NCBI GenBank assembly: GCA_964481345.1
Contig: CAYZTC010000003.1
Coordinates: forward strand, 6,653-70,652
DNA: 64,000 nucleotides
Reading direction: 5' to 3'
Source: an uncultured Candidatus Saccharibacteria bacterium
GTDB lineage: Bacteria; Patescibacteriota; Dojkabacteria; SC72; JAFGCJ01
Part shown: positions 1-9,062 of the stretch, piece after piece
Layout of the letters: each line of letters opens with the position of its first letter
Numbering within the stretch: the stretch's first letter is position 1
Translations under genes and position numbers: made by a program
The notes under the pieces: model-generated
What the model was told of the DNA's origin: nothing
The model's input: the letters and a program-made list of their open reading frames with translations, nothing else
Database searches by the model: none

Positions 1-108
1 AAAGAAATTATGGGATATTGTCGATAATAATTTTTACAATCTGTTTTGTCTGTAATGAAGATTATTGATTTGCGTTTTAACTCTTGACCTAACTTTATAT
101 ACTTATAA

Positions 109-1404
109 ATGTCTGACCTACTGATTAATGGCGGCTCAAAATTGTCAGGTAGCGTGGTGCCTTCTGGAAATAAAAATTCTGCCCTTCCACTTATTTCCGT
201 TTCTCTTCTTACAAAGAAGCCAGTTGTAATTAAAAATATGCCTGATTTGGTTGACGTGAACTTACTTGTTGAAACATTAAGGAAACTTGGTTCACAGATA
301 GACTGGGATAAAAAGAAAAAGGTTCTCAAGATATGTAATAAGAATATTACTTTAGATAAGTTTGATGGACAATTCCCAGCAAGCATGAGAGGGTCCATAC
401 TTTTGATGGCTCCGTTAATATTTCGACTAAAAACTTTAGATTGGGATTCAAAAATTGGTGGTTGTACATTGGGAATAAGGGAAATAGATCCTCATTTGGA
501 TGTTTTGACAACACTTGGTGTTAAAGTTAGGACTGATAATGGGAGAATATCCCTTACTGCAAAAGATGGATTCAAGGGAGGAAATATTTGGCTTGAATAT
601 ATGAGTGTTACGACAACTGAAACTTTTGCTATGGCTGCATCCCTGTCAGGGGGAAAATCAGTACTTACAAATGCTGCAAGTGAACCTCACGTGCAGGAAT
701 TATGTAAAGTACTAACACTTATGGGCGCAAGGATAGATGGAATCGGTACAAGTAGTTTAGAAATAAGAGGAGTAAAAGAGCTCGGTGGATTTGAGTACGA
801 GATTGAATCTGATTACCACGAAGTTACAACATTTCTTGCACTTGGAGCTATGACTGGTGGAAAGATTGAAGTGAAGAATGTAAAACAAGATAATTATAAT
901 TTGATAGTAAGGACATTTGATAAGCTCGGTGTGAAAGTAAAGTTTAAAAACGGGTCAGCGATTGTTTCCGATAGCCAGGATTTAAAGATAAAGGGGCCAT
1001 ACACTAAATACATGATACCTAAAATTGAGGCGGCTCCTTGGCCATATATATCTGCTGATCTATTACCACTTTTTATGGCACTTGCAACCAAATCTAAAGG
1101 TGAGATTATGTTTTGGAATAAGGTTTTTGAAGGTGCAAACCTTTGGATACCAGAGATGATAAAGTTTGGAATAAAGGCATTGATGTGTGATCCTCATAGA
1201 GTGGTAATTTGGGGAGGGCATAAGTTGAGACCAGCGGAAGTTGAGGCGCCAGATATTATTCGTGCTACAGTGGCACTGTTTATGATTGCACAATCTACAA
1301 AAGGTCAAAGTAAGGTAAATAATGCAGATGCTATTAGAAGAGCTCATCCTGAGTTTGTAGAAAGGCTAGTTGAGTTAGGTGCAGACGTTAAATGGGTTGA
1401 TTAG
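109..1404 (+). CDS. murA: UDP-N-acetylglucosamine 1-carboxyvinyltransferase (EPSP synthase fold)
   Basis: 431 aa. N-terminal GGSKLSGSV...GNKNSALPL motif and overall length match the MurA/EPT family. First gene of a mur operon. Confidence 0.85.
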   Translation: MSDLLINGGSKLSGSVVPSGNKNSALPLISVSLLTKKPVVIKNMPDLVDVNLLVETLRKLGSQIDWDKKKKVLKICNKNITLDKFDGQFPASMRGSILLMAPLIFRLKTLDWDSKIGGCTLGIREIDPHLDVLTTLGVKVRTDNGRISLTAKDGFKGGNIWLEYMSVTTTETFAMAASLSGGKSVLTNAASEPHVQELCKVLTLMGARIDGIGTSSLEIRGVKELGGFEYEIESDYHEVTTFLALGAMTGGKIEVKNVKQDNYNLIVRTFDKLGVKVKFKNGSAIVSDSQDLKIKGPYTKYMIPKIEAAPWPYISADLLPLFMALATKSKGEIMFWNKVFEGANLWIPEMIKFGIKALMCDPHRVVIWGGHKLRPAEVEAPDIIRATVALFMIAQSTKGQSKVNNADAIRRAHPEFVERLVELGADVKWVD

Positions 1405-1417
1405 GTATAATAATTGT

Positions 1418-2809
1418 ATGAAATCTTTTCCTCAATATAAAGGCAAAAAAGTTCTGGTGTGGGGGTTAGGTTTAAACGATGGTGGCTTGGGTATGGTTGA
1501 GTTTTTCATTCAGCAAGGTGCTATTGTAACTACGACTGATTTAAAGACAGAAAAACAGTTAGCCTCTACTCTGAAGAAGCTGAAAAAATATGGAAACAAG
1601 ATAAGTTATGTGTTGGGAGAACATAGAAAGAAAGATTTTGAATCTGCCGACTTGATTATTAGAAATCCCGCAATTAAACCGGATAACGAACTTCTTAGAT
1701 ATGTTGAAAAAATTGGGAAAGATGTTGAGATGGAGCAAAGTCTTTTCCATAGACTTAAACCGTGTCCTGTGATTGGTGTAACTGGTACAAGGGGAAAGTC
1801 AACTACGACAACTTTGGTATATGAAATGATGAAAGAACGATATAGTGACAGAGTATTTTTAGGTGGAAACATTGGAAAAAGTGTAATGAGGGTTCTTCCA
1901 AAATTAAATAAGGAAAATATTGGGATACTGGAAATGTCTAATTTTCATCTTGATCAAATGGGTAAAGAGAAGATTTCTCCAGAATACGCTCTCATCACAA
2001 ATATGTTCATGGATCATATCGACTGGCATGGAAGTATGGAGGAATATATTAAGGCGAAGAAAAATATCTTTGTTAATCAGGTTAAAAACGGTTTTACTGT
2101 TCTTAACTTGGATAACATTATAACGTCAGGATTTGTTGATGAAGTATCATCCGAGGTCATTACTTTTTCTTTGAAAAACAAAAAAGCTGATTACTATACA
2201 GATGGTAATCTTGATATTTATCATGATGGAAGAAAGTTATTGAATCTTTCGGAAAGTTCACTTGAAGGAGAACATAATATTTATAACCTTACCTCAGCAG
2301 TGGCTTTAACTCATAGATTTGGAGTGAGTGTAGATAAGATCCTTGAGGTTGTTAGTAAATTTGAAGGAATAGAAGGAAGGCAAGAGCTCGTGAGGAATTT
2401 AAATGGAATAAGATTTTATAATGATACAACTGCAACTTCCGTTGAGGCAGTTGAGGTAGCGATGAACAGGTTTGGTCCGAAAAATAAAAAGAAAATCATC
2501 ATGATTTCTGGCGGCGTGGATAAAGGGCTTGATTATTCAGTGATCTCAAAATCTGTAAATAAATATGTTAAAGCAATGGTACTTCTTGAAGGTACTGCAT
2601 CTGAAAAATTATTTGAACAATTTAAAGATGGTGATTTGAAGATAGAAAAATATTTTGGGGATTTTAAGAAAGCAGTTAAAACGGCATATGAGATTGCGGA
2701 GTCTGGGGATATGGTAATTCTTGTTCCTAGTGCCTCAAGCTTCAATATGTTTGAAAATGAGTTTGATAGAGGTGCACAGTACAATAAAATTGTCAAAAAC
2801 CTGAAATGA
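1418..2809 (+). CDS. murD: UDP-N-acetylmuramoylalanine--D-glutamate ligase
   Basis: N-terminal Rossmann motif KKVLVWGLGLNDGG and the Mur ligase P-loop GVTGTRGKSTTTT. The ORF track starts at 1379, but the likely start is ATG 1418 (MKSFPQYKGKK). The stop overlaps the next start (ATGA at 2806-2809). Confidence 0.8.
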   Translation: MKSFPQYKGKKVLVWGLGLNDGGLGMVEFFIQQGAIVTTTDLKTEKQLASTLKKLKKYGNKISYVLGEHRKKDFESADLIIRNPAIKPDNELLRYVEKIGKDVEMEQSLFHRLKPCPVIGVTGTRGKSTTTTLVYEMMKERYSDRVFLGGNIGKSVMRVLPKLNKENIGILEMSNFHLDQMGKEKISPEYALITNMFMDHIDWHGSMEEYIKAKKNIFVNQVKNGFTVLNLDNIITSGFVDEVSSEVITFSLKNKKADYYTDGNLDIYHDGRKLLNLSESSLEGEHNIYNLTSAVALTHRFGVSVDKILEVVSKFEGIEGRQELVRNLNGIRFYNDTTATSVEAVEVAMNRFGPKNKKKIIMISGGVDKGLDYSVISKSVNKYVKAMVLLEGTASEKLFEQFKDGDLKIEKYFGDFKKAVKTAYEIAESGDMVILVPSASSFNMFENEFDRGAQYNKIVKNLK

Positions 2810-4419
2810 AAGAGTTAAACTATTTAAAAATAAACAAAATAGCTTGTGTGGGAATTGGCGGTGAGGGTCAGACATATCTTGCAAAGTTTTTTCATTTACT
2901 GGGAGTAGATATTGAGGGTTCTGATATATCTGAGAATGAAAGAGTTAAAGAGCTAAAATCATTAGGAATTAGGATCAATCTTAAAAACCCTGATAAACCT
3001 TTTTCCAAAGATACTGATTTTTATATCTATACAAATGCACTTTCTGACGAGTTGAAGGAGAATCTTAAGAAACTAAACCCAGGAGTAACTGGAATTGAAG
3101 TTGGGAAGATGTATGACATTTTAGTAACAGACTATGAGGCAGGACGAATGTCTGAAAAAGTTAAACTAGCTTTTAATAACTCAGAGGTTGCCCCATTGTA
3201 TGAACTTGACTATTCGAAGATGAAATACATCGGTGTTACTGGTACGGACGGAAAAACAACTACTACAACAATGATCTACCATATACTGAAGGACCAGGGA
3301 TTTAAGCCCGCATTGATCTCTTCTGTTAGTGCAAAAATTGGAGATGAGGAAATTGATACTGGATTTCATGTCACTACCCCATCATCCCAAGAGTTATACA
3401 AACTTTTGAAAAAAGTTGAGGATGAAAAATGTACTCATGTTGTTATCGAAGCAACCTCTCATGGATTATCTATGTGCAGATTGGCTGGAATAAAATTTGA
3501 TGTTGCAGTTTACACTAACATTACAAATGAACATCTAGATTATTTTGGTACTTGGAAAGGTTTATTTGAGGCTAAGTCTAGGCTTATTACTCGTCATCTA
3601 AAAGATAGTGGCTTTGCTGTGTTAAATAAGGATGACAAATCATTCTCTGGACTTTCCAAACTTACTAATAATTTCATCTCTTACTCTCAGAATAGTTTGG
3701 AGCATGAGCGAAGGGCAATTTGGTTGATGGATTTAGTTTCTGGTGAGGGTTTGTCATTTAAGTTTGGAATGAACTTCAATAACAAAAGTTTTAGAAATAT
3801 CGAAGTTGATTTTGACCTTATTGGTGATTACAATATTTCTAACTCTCTTGCAGCAATCTCTGCTTGCCATCTATTAGGTATCGAACCTGATGACACTGTA
3901 AGTACATTATCTGGTTTTGAGACAGTGGAAGGAAGAATGCAGGTACTTCAACAGAGGCCGTTTCAGGTAATTGTTGACTTTGCGCATACATCAAATGCGC
4001 TTAGAAGCGCACTCGGGTCTGTTAGAGAACTGACAAAAAATAAACTTATTGTTGTATTTGGCTGTGCTGGTCAAAGAGATAAGTACAAAAGATTTGAGAT
4101 GGGAAAAATTGTAGCTGAGCTTGCTGATATAACCATTGTTACAGCAGAAGATCCGCGAACTGAAAAATTGTCTGATATCAACGATGAGATAGAACGAGGA
4201 TGGAAATCAGTAAAAACTCCAGGGAAAAAATTTATTAGATTTGATAATGAGAAGGATAACGTGGAATCTAGACGTGATGCAATAAAAAAAGCGCTCGATT
4301 TTGCTTCTGAGGAGGATACGGTAATTATTACAGGTAAAGCACATGAGAAGAGCTTGTGTTTTGGTACTGAGGAATATCCTTGGAATGATATAGAAGAGAC
4401 TGAAAAACTTTTGAAATGA
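2806..4419 (+). CDS. murE: Mur ligase, MurE-like (UDP-MurNAc-L-Ala-D-Glu--diamino acid ligase) with MurC-like N-terminal domain
   Basis: P-loop GVTGTDGKTTTTT. Central VVIEATSHGL...NITNEHLDYFG, then DFAHTSNAL (MurE DYAHTPDAL-type motif) and C-terminal GCAGQRDKYKR...TAEDPRTE (MurE DNPRSE-like). The N-terminus VGIGGEGQTYLAKFF..GSD resembles the MurC N-domain. Confidence 0.65.
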   Translation: MKELNYLKINKIACVGIGGEGQTYLAKFFHLLGVDIEGSDISENERVKELKSLGIRINLKNPDKPFSKDTDFYIYTNALSDELKENLKKLNPGVTGIEVGKMYDILVTDYEAGRMSEKVKLAFNNSEVAPLYELDYSKMKYIGVTGTDGKTTTTTMIYHILKDQGFKPALISSVSAKIGDEEIDTGFHVTTPSSQELYKLLKKVEDEKCTHVVIEATSHGLSMCRLAGIKFDVAVYTNITNEHLDYFGTWKGLFEAKSRLITRHLKDSGFAVLNKDDKSFSGLSKLTNNFISYSQNSLEHERRAIWLMDLVSGEGLSFKFGMNFNNKSFRNIEVDFDLIGDYNISNSLAAISACHLLGIEPDDTVSTLSGFETVEGRMQVLQQRPFQVIVDFAHTSNALRSALGSVRELTKNKLIVVFGCAGQRDKYKRFEMGKIVAELADITIVTAEDPRTEKLSDINDEIERGWKSVKTPGKKFIRFDNEKDNVESRRDAIKKALDFASEEDTVIITGKAHEKSLCFGTEEYPWNDIEETEKLLK

Positions 4420-5348
4420 AATTTCCAAAAGAATTACAGAACGTAATTAAGAATGAACCTCTTTCAAGGTACTCAACAGTTGGTATAGGTGGTCCTGCTG
4501 AATATCTGTTTATTCCTCAAGATTTCGAAGAGTTAGAAAAAGCAATCCTTGTCGCAAGAAAAAATAGTATCCCGGTGACAATTATTGGTAAGGGAAGTAA
4601 TGTTTTGATATCCGATTTTGGTATTAAAGGTCTTGTTATTGTTAGTGTAAAAGGGAAATATGAAATTCTAGATGATACAAATAATGTTACGAAAGTGTTA
4701 TGTGACAGTGGGTTATCTCTTCAAAAGTTATCTGTTGAAATGTTTGAAAGGGACCTTATCGGCCTAGAAAACTTTTCAGGGATTCCATGCTCTATAGGTG
4801 GTGCAGTCTATAACAATATTCATGGAGTAGATTCTATGTTTGGTGATTTGATCGAGTGGGTAGAATATTTGGATAAGGACAATCATATTCAGAAAGTCAC
4901 GAGAGATGAGTGTAAATTTGAATATGACAAAAGTACGTTTCAAGAAAATGGTGGAATTATACTCCGTGTTAGTTTATCACTGCAAAATGGAGATGGGAAT
5001 TCTGCAAGGAAAAAGTGGGATGAAATTCGCAGTGGAAAACTTAAGGTTCAACCTCAGAAGAGTTTGGGATGTGTATTTAAAAATTTCTCAGAAGAAGTCG
5101 TTAAAAAATACAATCTCCCGACTCCAAGTGTGGGATGGTTTATAGAGCACAAACTTAAGATGGGTGGATATCGAGTTGGGAATGCAAGAGTTTCATCAAA
5201 GCATCATAACTTTATTGAGAATATTGGTAAGGCAATTTCAAAAGATTATCTTCATGTAATTAGAGATATTCAGAAGAAAGCAAAAAATGAGTTTGGGATC
5301 GAGTTAGAACTTGAGATACAGCTGTTGGGGTTTGACCATACAACTTAG
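4416..5348 (+). CDS. murB: UDP-N-acetylenolpyruvoylglucosamine reductase
   Basis: N-terminal FAD-binding-domain motifs LSRYSTVGIGGPAEYLF and IIGKGSNVL. Start overlaps the murE stop. Confidence 0.8.
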   Translation: MKFPKELQNVIKNEPLSRYSTVGIGGPAEYLFIPQDFEELEKAILVARKNSIPVTIIGKGSNVLISDFGIKGLVIVSVKGKYEILDDTNNVTKVLCDSGLSLQKLSVEMFERDLIGLENFSGIPCSIGGAVYNNIHGVDSMFGDLIEWVEYLDKDNHIQKVTRDECKFEYDKSTFQENGGIILRVSLSLQNGDGNSARKKWDEIRSGKLKVQPQKSLGCVFKNFSEEVVKKYNLPTPSVGWFIEHKLKMGGYRVGNARVSSKHHNFIENIGKAISKDYLHVIRDIQKKAKNEFGIELELEIQLLGFDHTT

Positions 5349-6412
5349 TCTTCTTGAGGTTTATCCAGGAGGTTTTGTTGAGTGTTCATTTCATCTCCTG
5401 AAATTCGCAACACATCTTTATCAATTTGTCCAAACTGTTTAGTGGCACTGTTATATGAACTTACAGTTTTACCTAAATGGCTTCCTACTTTTTCCATGTG
5501 ATCCTGGTAGTTTACCAGGTGTTTGCCAAGCTTCTTTACGTTTTTGATAACTTCTTTAACGGACTCTTCTACTTTCAATGCTTTGAGAGCTTGAAGAATA
5601 GTTTGTAGATAAGCAAAGAAAGTATTCGGGGAAACAATAATAACTTTCTTGCTGAATGCAAAGTTTATCAAATCCTCAGAGCTAACGTTTGTTGAGCCAA
5701 CTTTATATACAAGGAGATTATAGAAAATACCTTCCGCGGGGATAAACATTATTGCAAAATCAGATGTTCCCTCCTCAGGTCTTATGTATTTTGATGTTTC
5801 TACAATTCTATTTTTTAAGTCCATCTTGAATTCCTTTTCTAATTTTTCTCTTCTATCTTTACTTGTTTCCTTTTGAATCTGGTTATATTTTTCGAGGGAA
5901 AACTTTGCGTCAATTGGAATTATCTTATCTCTAACAATAAGTGCAGCATCTACTATCTCCCCATCTTTAAATTTGTATTGCATTTTATAAGTGCCCTGTG
6001 GCATTACTTTGCTAAGAAGATCTTCTAAGAAATACTCACCTAGTATTCCTCTTTGCTTGGGGTTTTTAAGAATATTTTCGAGGGACTGAAGTTGAGTGGC
6101 AAACTCCACTACCCTTTTATTCGTGTCGTCAAGTTTTGTAAGTTTTTCTGTTACCTCACGGATTGTTTTTGTAGTGTCAGTTCCAAGCTGTTGCAGCATT
6201 TTTGTATTGGTACCATATTGCTTTTGAATTGCCTCATTTGTATCTTTCATCTTTTCAGTAAGTTGGCGGGTTAGCTCATTTATCTGGTTTTGAAGAAGTA
6301 GTATGCTTTTCTCATCCTGAGGATTCTTTAGTTTGTTTAGAATAGCAATAATTCCTCCTACCACAATAAGTAGAAGTGCAAAAAAAAGTATGTAGATAAG
6401 TGTTTGACTCAT
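5345..6412 (-). CDS. rmuC: DNA recombination protein RmuC
   Basis: N-terminal TM helix, a long coiled coil, and a C-terminal RmuC-type nuclease region (SDFAIMFIPAEGIFYNLL...VIIVSPNTFFAYL). Confidence 0.7.
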   Translation of the reverse strand: MSQTLIYILFFALLLIVVGGIIAILNKLKNPQDEKSILLLQNQINELTRQLTEKMKDTNEAIQKQYGTNTKMLQQLGTDTTKTIREVTEKLTKLDDTNKRVVEFATQLQSLENILKNPKQRGILGEYFLEDLLSKVMPQGTYKMQYKFKDGEIVDAALIVRDKIIPIDAKFSLEKYNQIQKETSKDRREKLEKEFKMDLKNRIVETSKYIRPEEGTSDFAIMFIPAEGIFYNLLVYKVGSTNVSSEDLINFAFSKKVIIVSPNTFFAYLQTILQALKALKVEESVKEVIKNVKKLGKHLVNYQDHMEKVGSHLGKTVSSYNSATKQFGQIDKDVLRISGDEMNTQQNLLDKPQED

Positions 6413-6457
6413 GAGAAAGATTATAGTGGAAAATTGGAATTGATGGAAATAAGGAAA

Positions 6458-6514
6458 GGGCTGTACTATTCAATGTCCGGAGTAAATCCAGCAATGAAAG
6501 CAATAGTACAGCCC
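6458..6514. promoter_or_regulatory. Long perfect hairpin (13 bp stem GGGCTGTACTATT / AATAGTACAGCCC, 31 nt loop) in the rmuC upstream intergenic region
   Basis: Inverted repeat read directly from the sequence. On the minus strand it is followed by a T-rich tract (CTTTCCTTATTTCC), consistent with a minus-strand terminator or RNA structural element. Confidence 0.4.
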
Positions 6515-6820
6515 ACGGCTATTCATAAAGAAGTATGAACCATGTTTTTTTCATGGTTGTGACCCTCCCTTTCAGGAATACTTACTTTTGCCGACTGTTT
6601 GCGCTTTTATCCAGATTTTATGATTGGCTAGATAAAACCGCTGGTAAAAAAGTACCATTTTGTTCGCATTAGAACCTCCTTTTGGGTTTTGCGAACTTGC
6701 CAAAAATTCGGAGAAAAAAATATTCTCCTACTTAAAGTTCATCGGAAAACTGGGATGTAAGATCCCACCGGTAATCTATTATATAGGGTAAAAGGAGTGT
6801 TTTTCAAGTGGGAAACAGGA

Positions 6821-6986
6821 GGACTGTCCTTGGCAAGGCTGTTTTTATCCGCAATTCTGCACAAACGTTTTCATGAAGAGATTTTTAAGTGGTTTACCCT
6901 AGAATGTCCATTAATACTAAAACGACAATAAATATTGACATAATAGGAAACTATCATGGACAGACCCTGCCAAGGACAGTCCTCGC
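6821..6986. repeat. Roughly 166 bp inverted-repeat-flanked element (MITE-like). Terminal inverted repeats are GGACTGTCCTTGGCA(A/G)GG.
   Basis: 6821-6838 GGACTGTCCTTGGCAAGG. 6970-6986 is its reverse complement (CTGCCAAGGACAGTCC). The AT-rich interior has no ORF. Related single copies occur at 19855, 22882, 37053 and 18430. Confidence 0.45.
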
Positions 6987-6997
6987 TGAACTACAGG

Positions 6998-7567
6998 CTA
7001 CTCGTCACTCAACTCCAGGGCAGCTTCGTTATTTGCATTATCGTATGTCATCAACAATGAGTAATCGCCTTTTCCAGCTGTCAATAATCTTGAGTTAGCA
7101 ATCGAAATATCGCTTTCGATCTCGAAGCCGTTTGCAGTTAAGGTTGATTTGAAGGTATCAATATTTGAGCTAGAAACGTTGTTAAAAGTTAGAATCCAAG
7201 ATATTCCATCTTGGTACTCACTCTTTGTTGCATATTCAATGTCTCCACCTTCAAACTCTGGAAATGCACTTGGTATGTCAGTTGGCCATGAAGATACTTC
7301 TCCTGAGTAGTAAGATCCTTCCTCTGTTTCAATGGAAATACTTCCATCTTCCTGATCTATCTCAACGTCTGCATCTTCTCCGGTACTCTCCTCAATTGCT
7401 TCTTCCATAGATTCTTCTGTTGCCTGTTCAGCAAAATAGTTTGATACTGGATTTCCTGGAATATTGATAATTCCCTTGTAGTCAAGATAAACAGCAACTG
7501 CAAAAATGAATATGAGAGAGAGTAAACTTGCAATAACAATCAGGATTACTTTAGTATTTTTGTTCAT
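6998..7567 (-). CDS. hypothetical membrane-anchored acidic protein
   Basis: N-terminal TM helix (VILIVIASLLSLIFIFAV), then a Glu/Asp-rich region. No recognisable domain. Confidence 0.45.
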   Translation of the reverse strand: MNKNTKVILIVIASLLSLIFIFAVAVYLDYKGIINIPGNPVSNYFAEQATEESMEEAIEESTGEDADVEIDQEDGSISIETEEGSYYSGEVSSWPTDIPSAFPEFEGGDIEYATKSEYQDGISWILTFNNVSSSNIDTFKSTLTANGFEIESDISIANSRLLTAGKGDYSLLMTYDNANNEAALELSDE

Positions 7568-7588
7568 GAATTGGACAGATCAATCTAT

Positions 7589-8338
7589 TTATAACTCTTC
7601 CCCTCCCAGTTTACCATAAATCTTGTTATATATTTGATGGAACTTCTTGCTATCCTTGAATCCAAACAGCCTTCTAAAGTACGCATAAAGGACAAGATAG
7701 CTAATCTGAAAAAACTCTTTTCCATTCATTTTTTCGTATCTTCTTCCTGATGTCTCTATTGTCATTCCCACTACTCCATATTTTGCGCCTCTTTTGCTTG
7801 CCTTAAGAAAAAGATCAGAGTCCTCATGAATAAGTAGTTCCTCATTAAATTTTCCAATTTCTTCAAATAACCTTTTGGTAATTAACATGCAAGCCCCTGA
7901 TTCTGACATAATATTTTTTAAGTGTCGTAGCAATACTTGATTGACCACTTTTGTAGTATTAAATCCAAGCTCAGCAATGATTTTCTTTACTCCCTTGTTG
8001 TTAAATTTAATAAAGGTCGTACCTATATCTAGCTCTCTTTTTAGGAAAGATTTAACAAAATTTTCTATAAATGTACTTTTCAGTAAAACCATATCAGCGT
8101 CAAGAAACAGTAACAAATCCCCTTTGGCAATTTTTGCCCCGGCATTTCTTCCTTTTGCGGGAGAGCCACCATTTACTATAATGCAACTATGCTCTTTTGC
8201 GATCTTTCTGGTTCGATCCTTAGAAAAACCATCTGAAACAATGATCTCATCAGGTTGCATGGTTTGATTTCCGATGGATTTGAGTAATCTACCTAAAAAT
8301 TTTTCTTCTTGATATGTAGGAATAATGATGGATAACAT
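7589..8338 (-). CDS. glycosyltransferase family 2
   Basis: N-terminal LSIIIPTYQEE...IIVSDGFSKD and the DAD-like motif FLDADM, typical of GT2 GT-A fold enzymes. Confidence 0.75.
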   Translation of the reverse strand: MLSIIIPTYQEEKFLGRLLKSIGNQTMQPDEIIVSDGFSKDRTRKIAKEHSCIIVNGGSPAKGRNAGAKIAKGDLLLFLDADMVLLKSTFIENFVKSFLKRELDIGTTFIKFNNKGVKKIIAELGFNTTKVVNQVLLRHLKNIMSESGACMLITKRLFEEIGKFNEELLIHEDSDLFLKASKRGAKYGVVGMTIETSGRRYEKMNGKEFFQISYLVLYAYFRRLFGFKDSKKFHQIYNKIYGKLGGEEL

Positions 8339-8350
8339 AAATCTGGGATA

Positions 8351-8903
8351 TTATATATTTACTTTGACCATTTTTCAAAATACCTATCTTTTAGTGAAAA
8401 AATGCATCCACAATAGTTTTGCTTGTAAAACCCTCTTGTTTTAAGGTCTTTAAATTTTCTAACTTTAACAAACTCTAGATTTTCCGTTTCTAAAGTCTTT
8501 GCAATTTTGGATATCTCTCTGTTATTTTGGAATTGACTTGTTAGTAATGTTGTAGAAAAAACTTGTATTTGTTTTTCTTTGCGTATTCAATTGTTTTATA
8601 AAGTCTGTGTTTCCAGCAAAGCTTGCATCTTCGGTGGTTTTGGTTATCTTCATTGAAATCTATTGCTTCAAACCATTTTTTGGGACTCCAGTCTGAGATT
8701 ATTAATGTTAGATCATTTTGTTTGGCAATGTCTTTCAGGGCTTTAAGCCTTGCCAAGTACTCAGATCTTGGATGAATGTTGTTATTGTCAAAATACAGGG
8801 ATATTTCATAACCATTATCCACAGAATGTACGAATTTCAGTGCACAGTCAGCACAGCAAGTGTGGAGAAGTAGTCTACTCTTCTGATTCTTCATCTTCTT
8901 CAT
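8351..8903 (-). pseudogene. queH: epoxyqueuosine reductase QueH (DUF208), interrupted by a frameshift near 8545-8560
   Basis: ORF 8541-8903 encodes the QueH N-terminal half (LLLHTCCADCA...RCKLCW). A different frame at 8353-8560 encodes the C-terminal half ending FYKQNYCGCIFS, the conserved QueH C-terminal Cys motif. This is either a genuine frameshift or a sequencing error. Confidence 0.6.
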
Positions 8904-9045
8904 CTATTACCTCCACGTCAGTTTCTTCAATAAGTTTCATCGGTTGGTTGCAGCATGATAGTTTGCCACCACCAATTTTTGTAACTATTACTTCATTACC
9001 ACACTTTTCACAAGAATAAATTTGTCCTATCTGAGAGACTTTCAT
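8875..9045 (-). CDS. desulforedoxin-like small iron-binding protein (56 aa) with acidic C-terminal tail
   Basis: Not in the ORF track. The minus-strand translation is MKVSQIGQIYSCEKCGNEVIVTKIGGGKLSCCNQPMKLIEETDVEVIDEEDEESEE. It matches the desulforedoxin / Dfx N-domain pattern VYKCELCGQVVKV..GGGTLVCCGEDM (CxxC...CC). The 3' end overlaps the queH start by 29 nt. Confidence 0.6.
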   Translation of the reverse strand: MKVSQIGQIYSCEKCGNEVIVTKIGGGKLSCCNQPMKLIEETDVEVIDEEDEESEE

Positions 9046-9062
9046 TTTTTGAATTTGAGAAA

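Noticed and set aside
894-1347. Minus-strand ORFs (65 and 94 aa) inside murA, and similar antisense ORFs inside nifS (16136-16676), dnaE (24669-25454), the surface-protein genes (51089-52718, 53213-53875) and lexA (57609-57995)
   Set aside because: They are fully embedded in well-supported genes on the opposite strand, have low-complexity or atypical composition, and have no homology. Treated as shadow ORFs.
6831-6846. Sigma-54 promoter reading of TTGGCAAGG
   Set aside because: TGGCA resembles the -24 element, but there is no TTGC/GC -12 element at the required spacing. No sigma-54 activator-like gene context either.
6889-7098. 69-aa plus-strand ORF in the rmuC-proximal intergenic region
   Set aside because: Lies in the hairpin-rich non-coding region, overlaps the inverted-repeat element and the 3' end of the convergent gene, and has no homology. 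Likely spurious.
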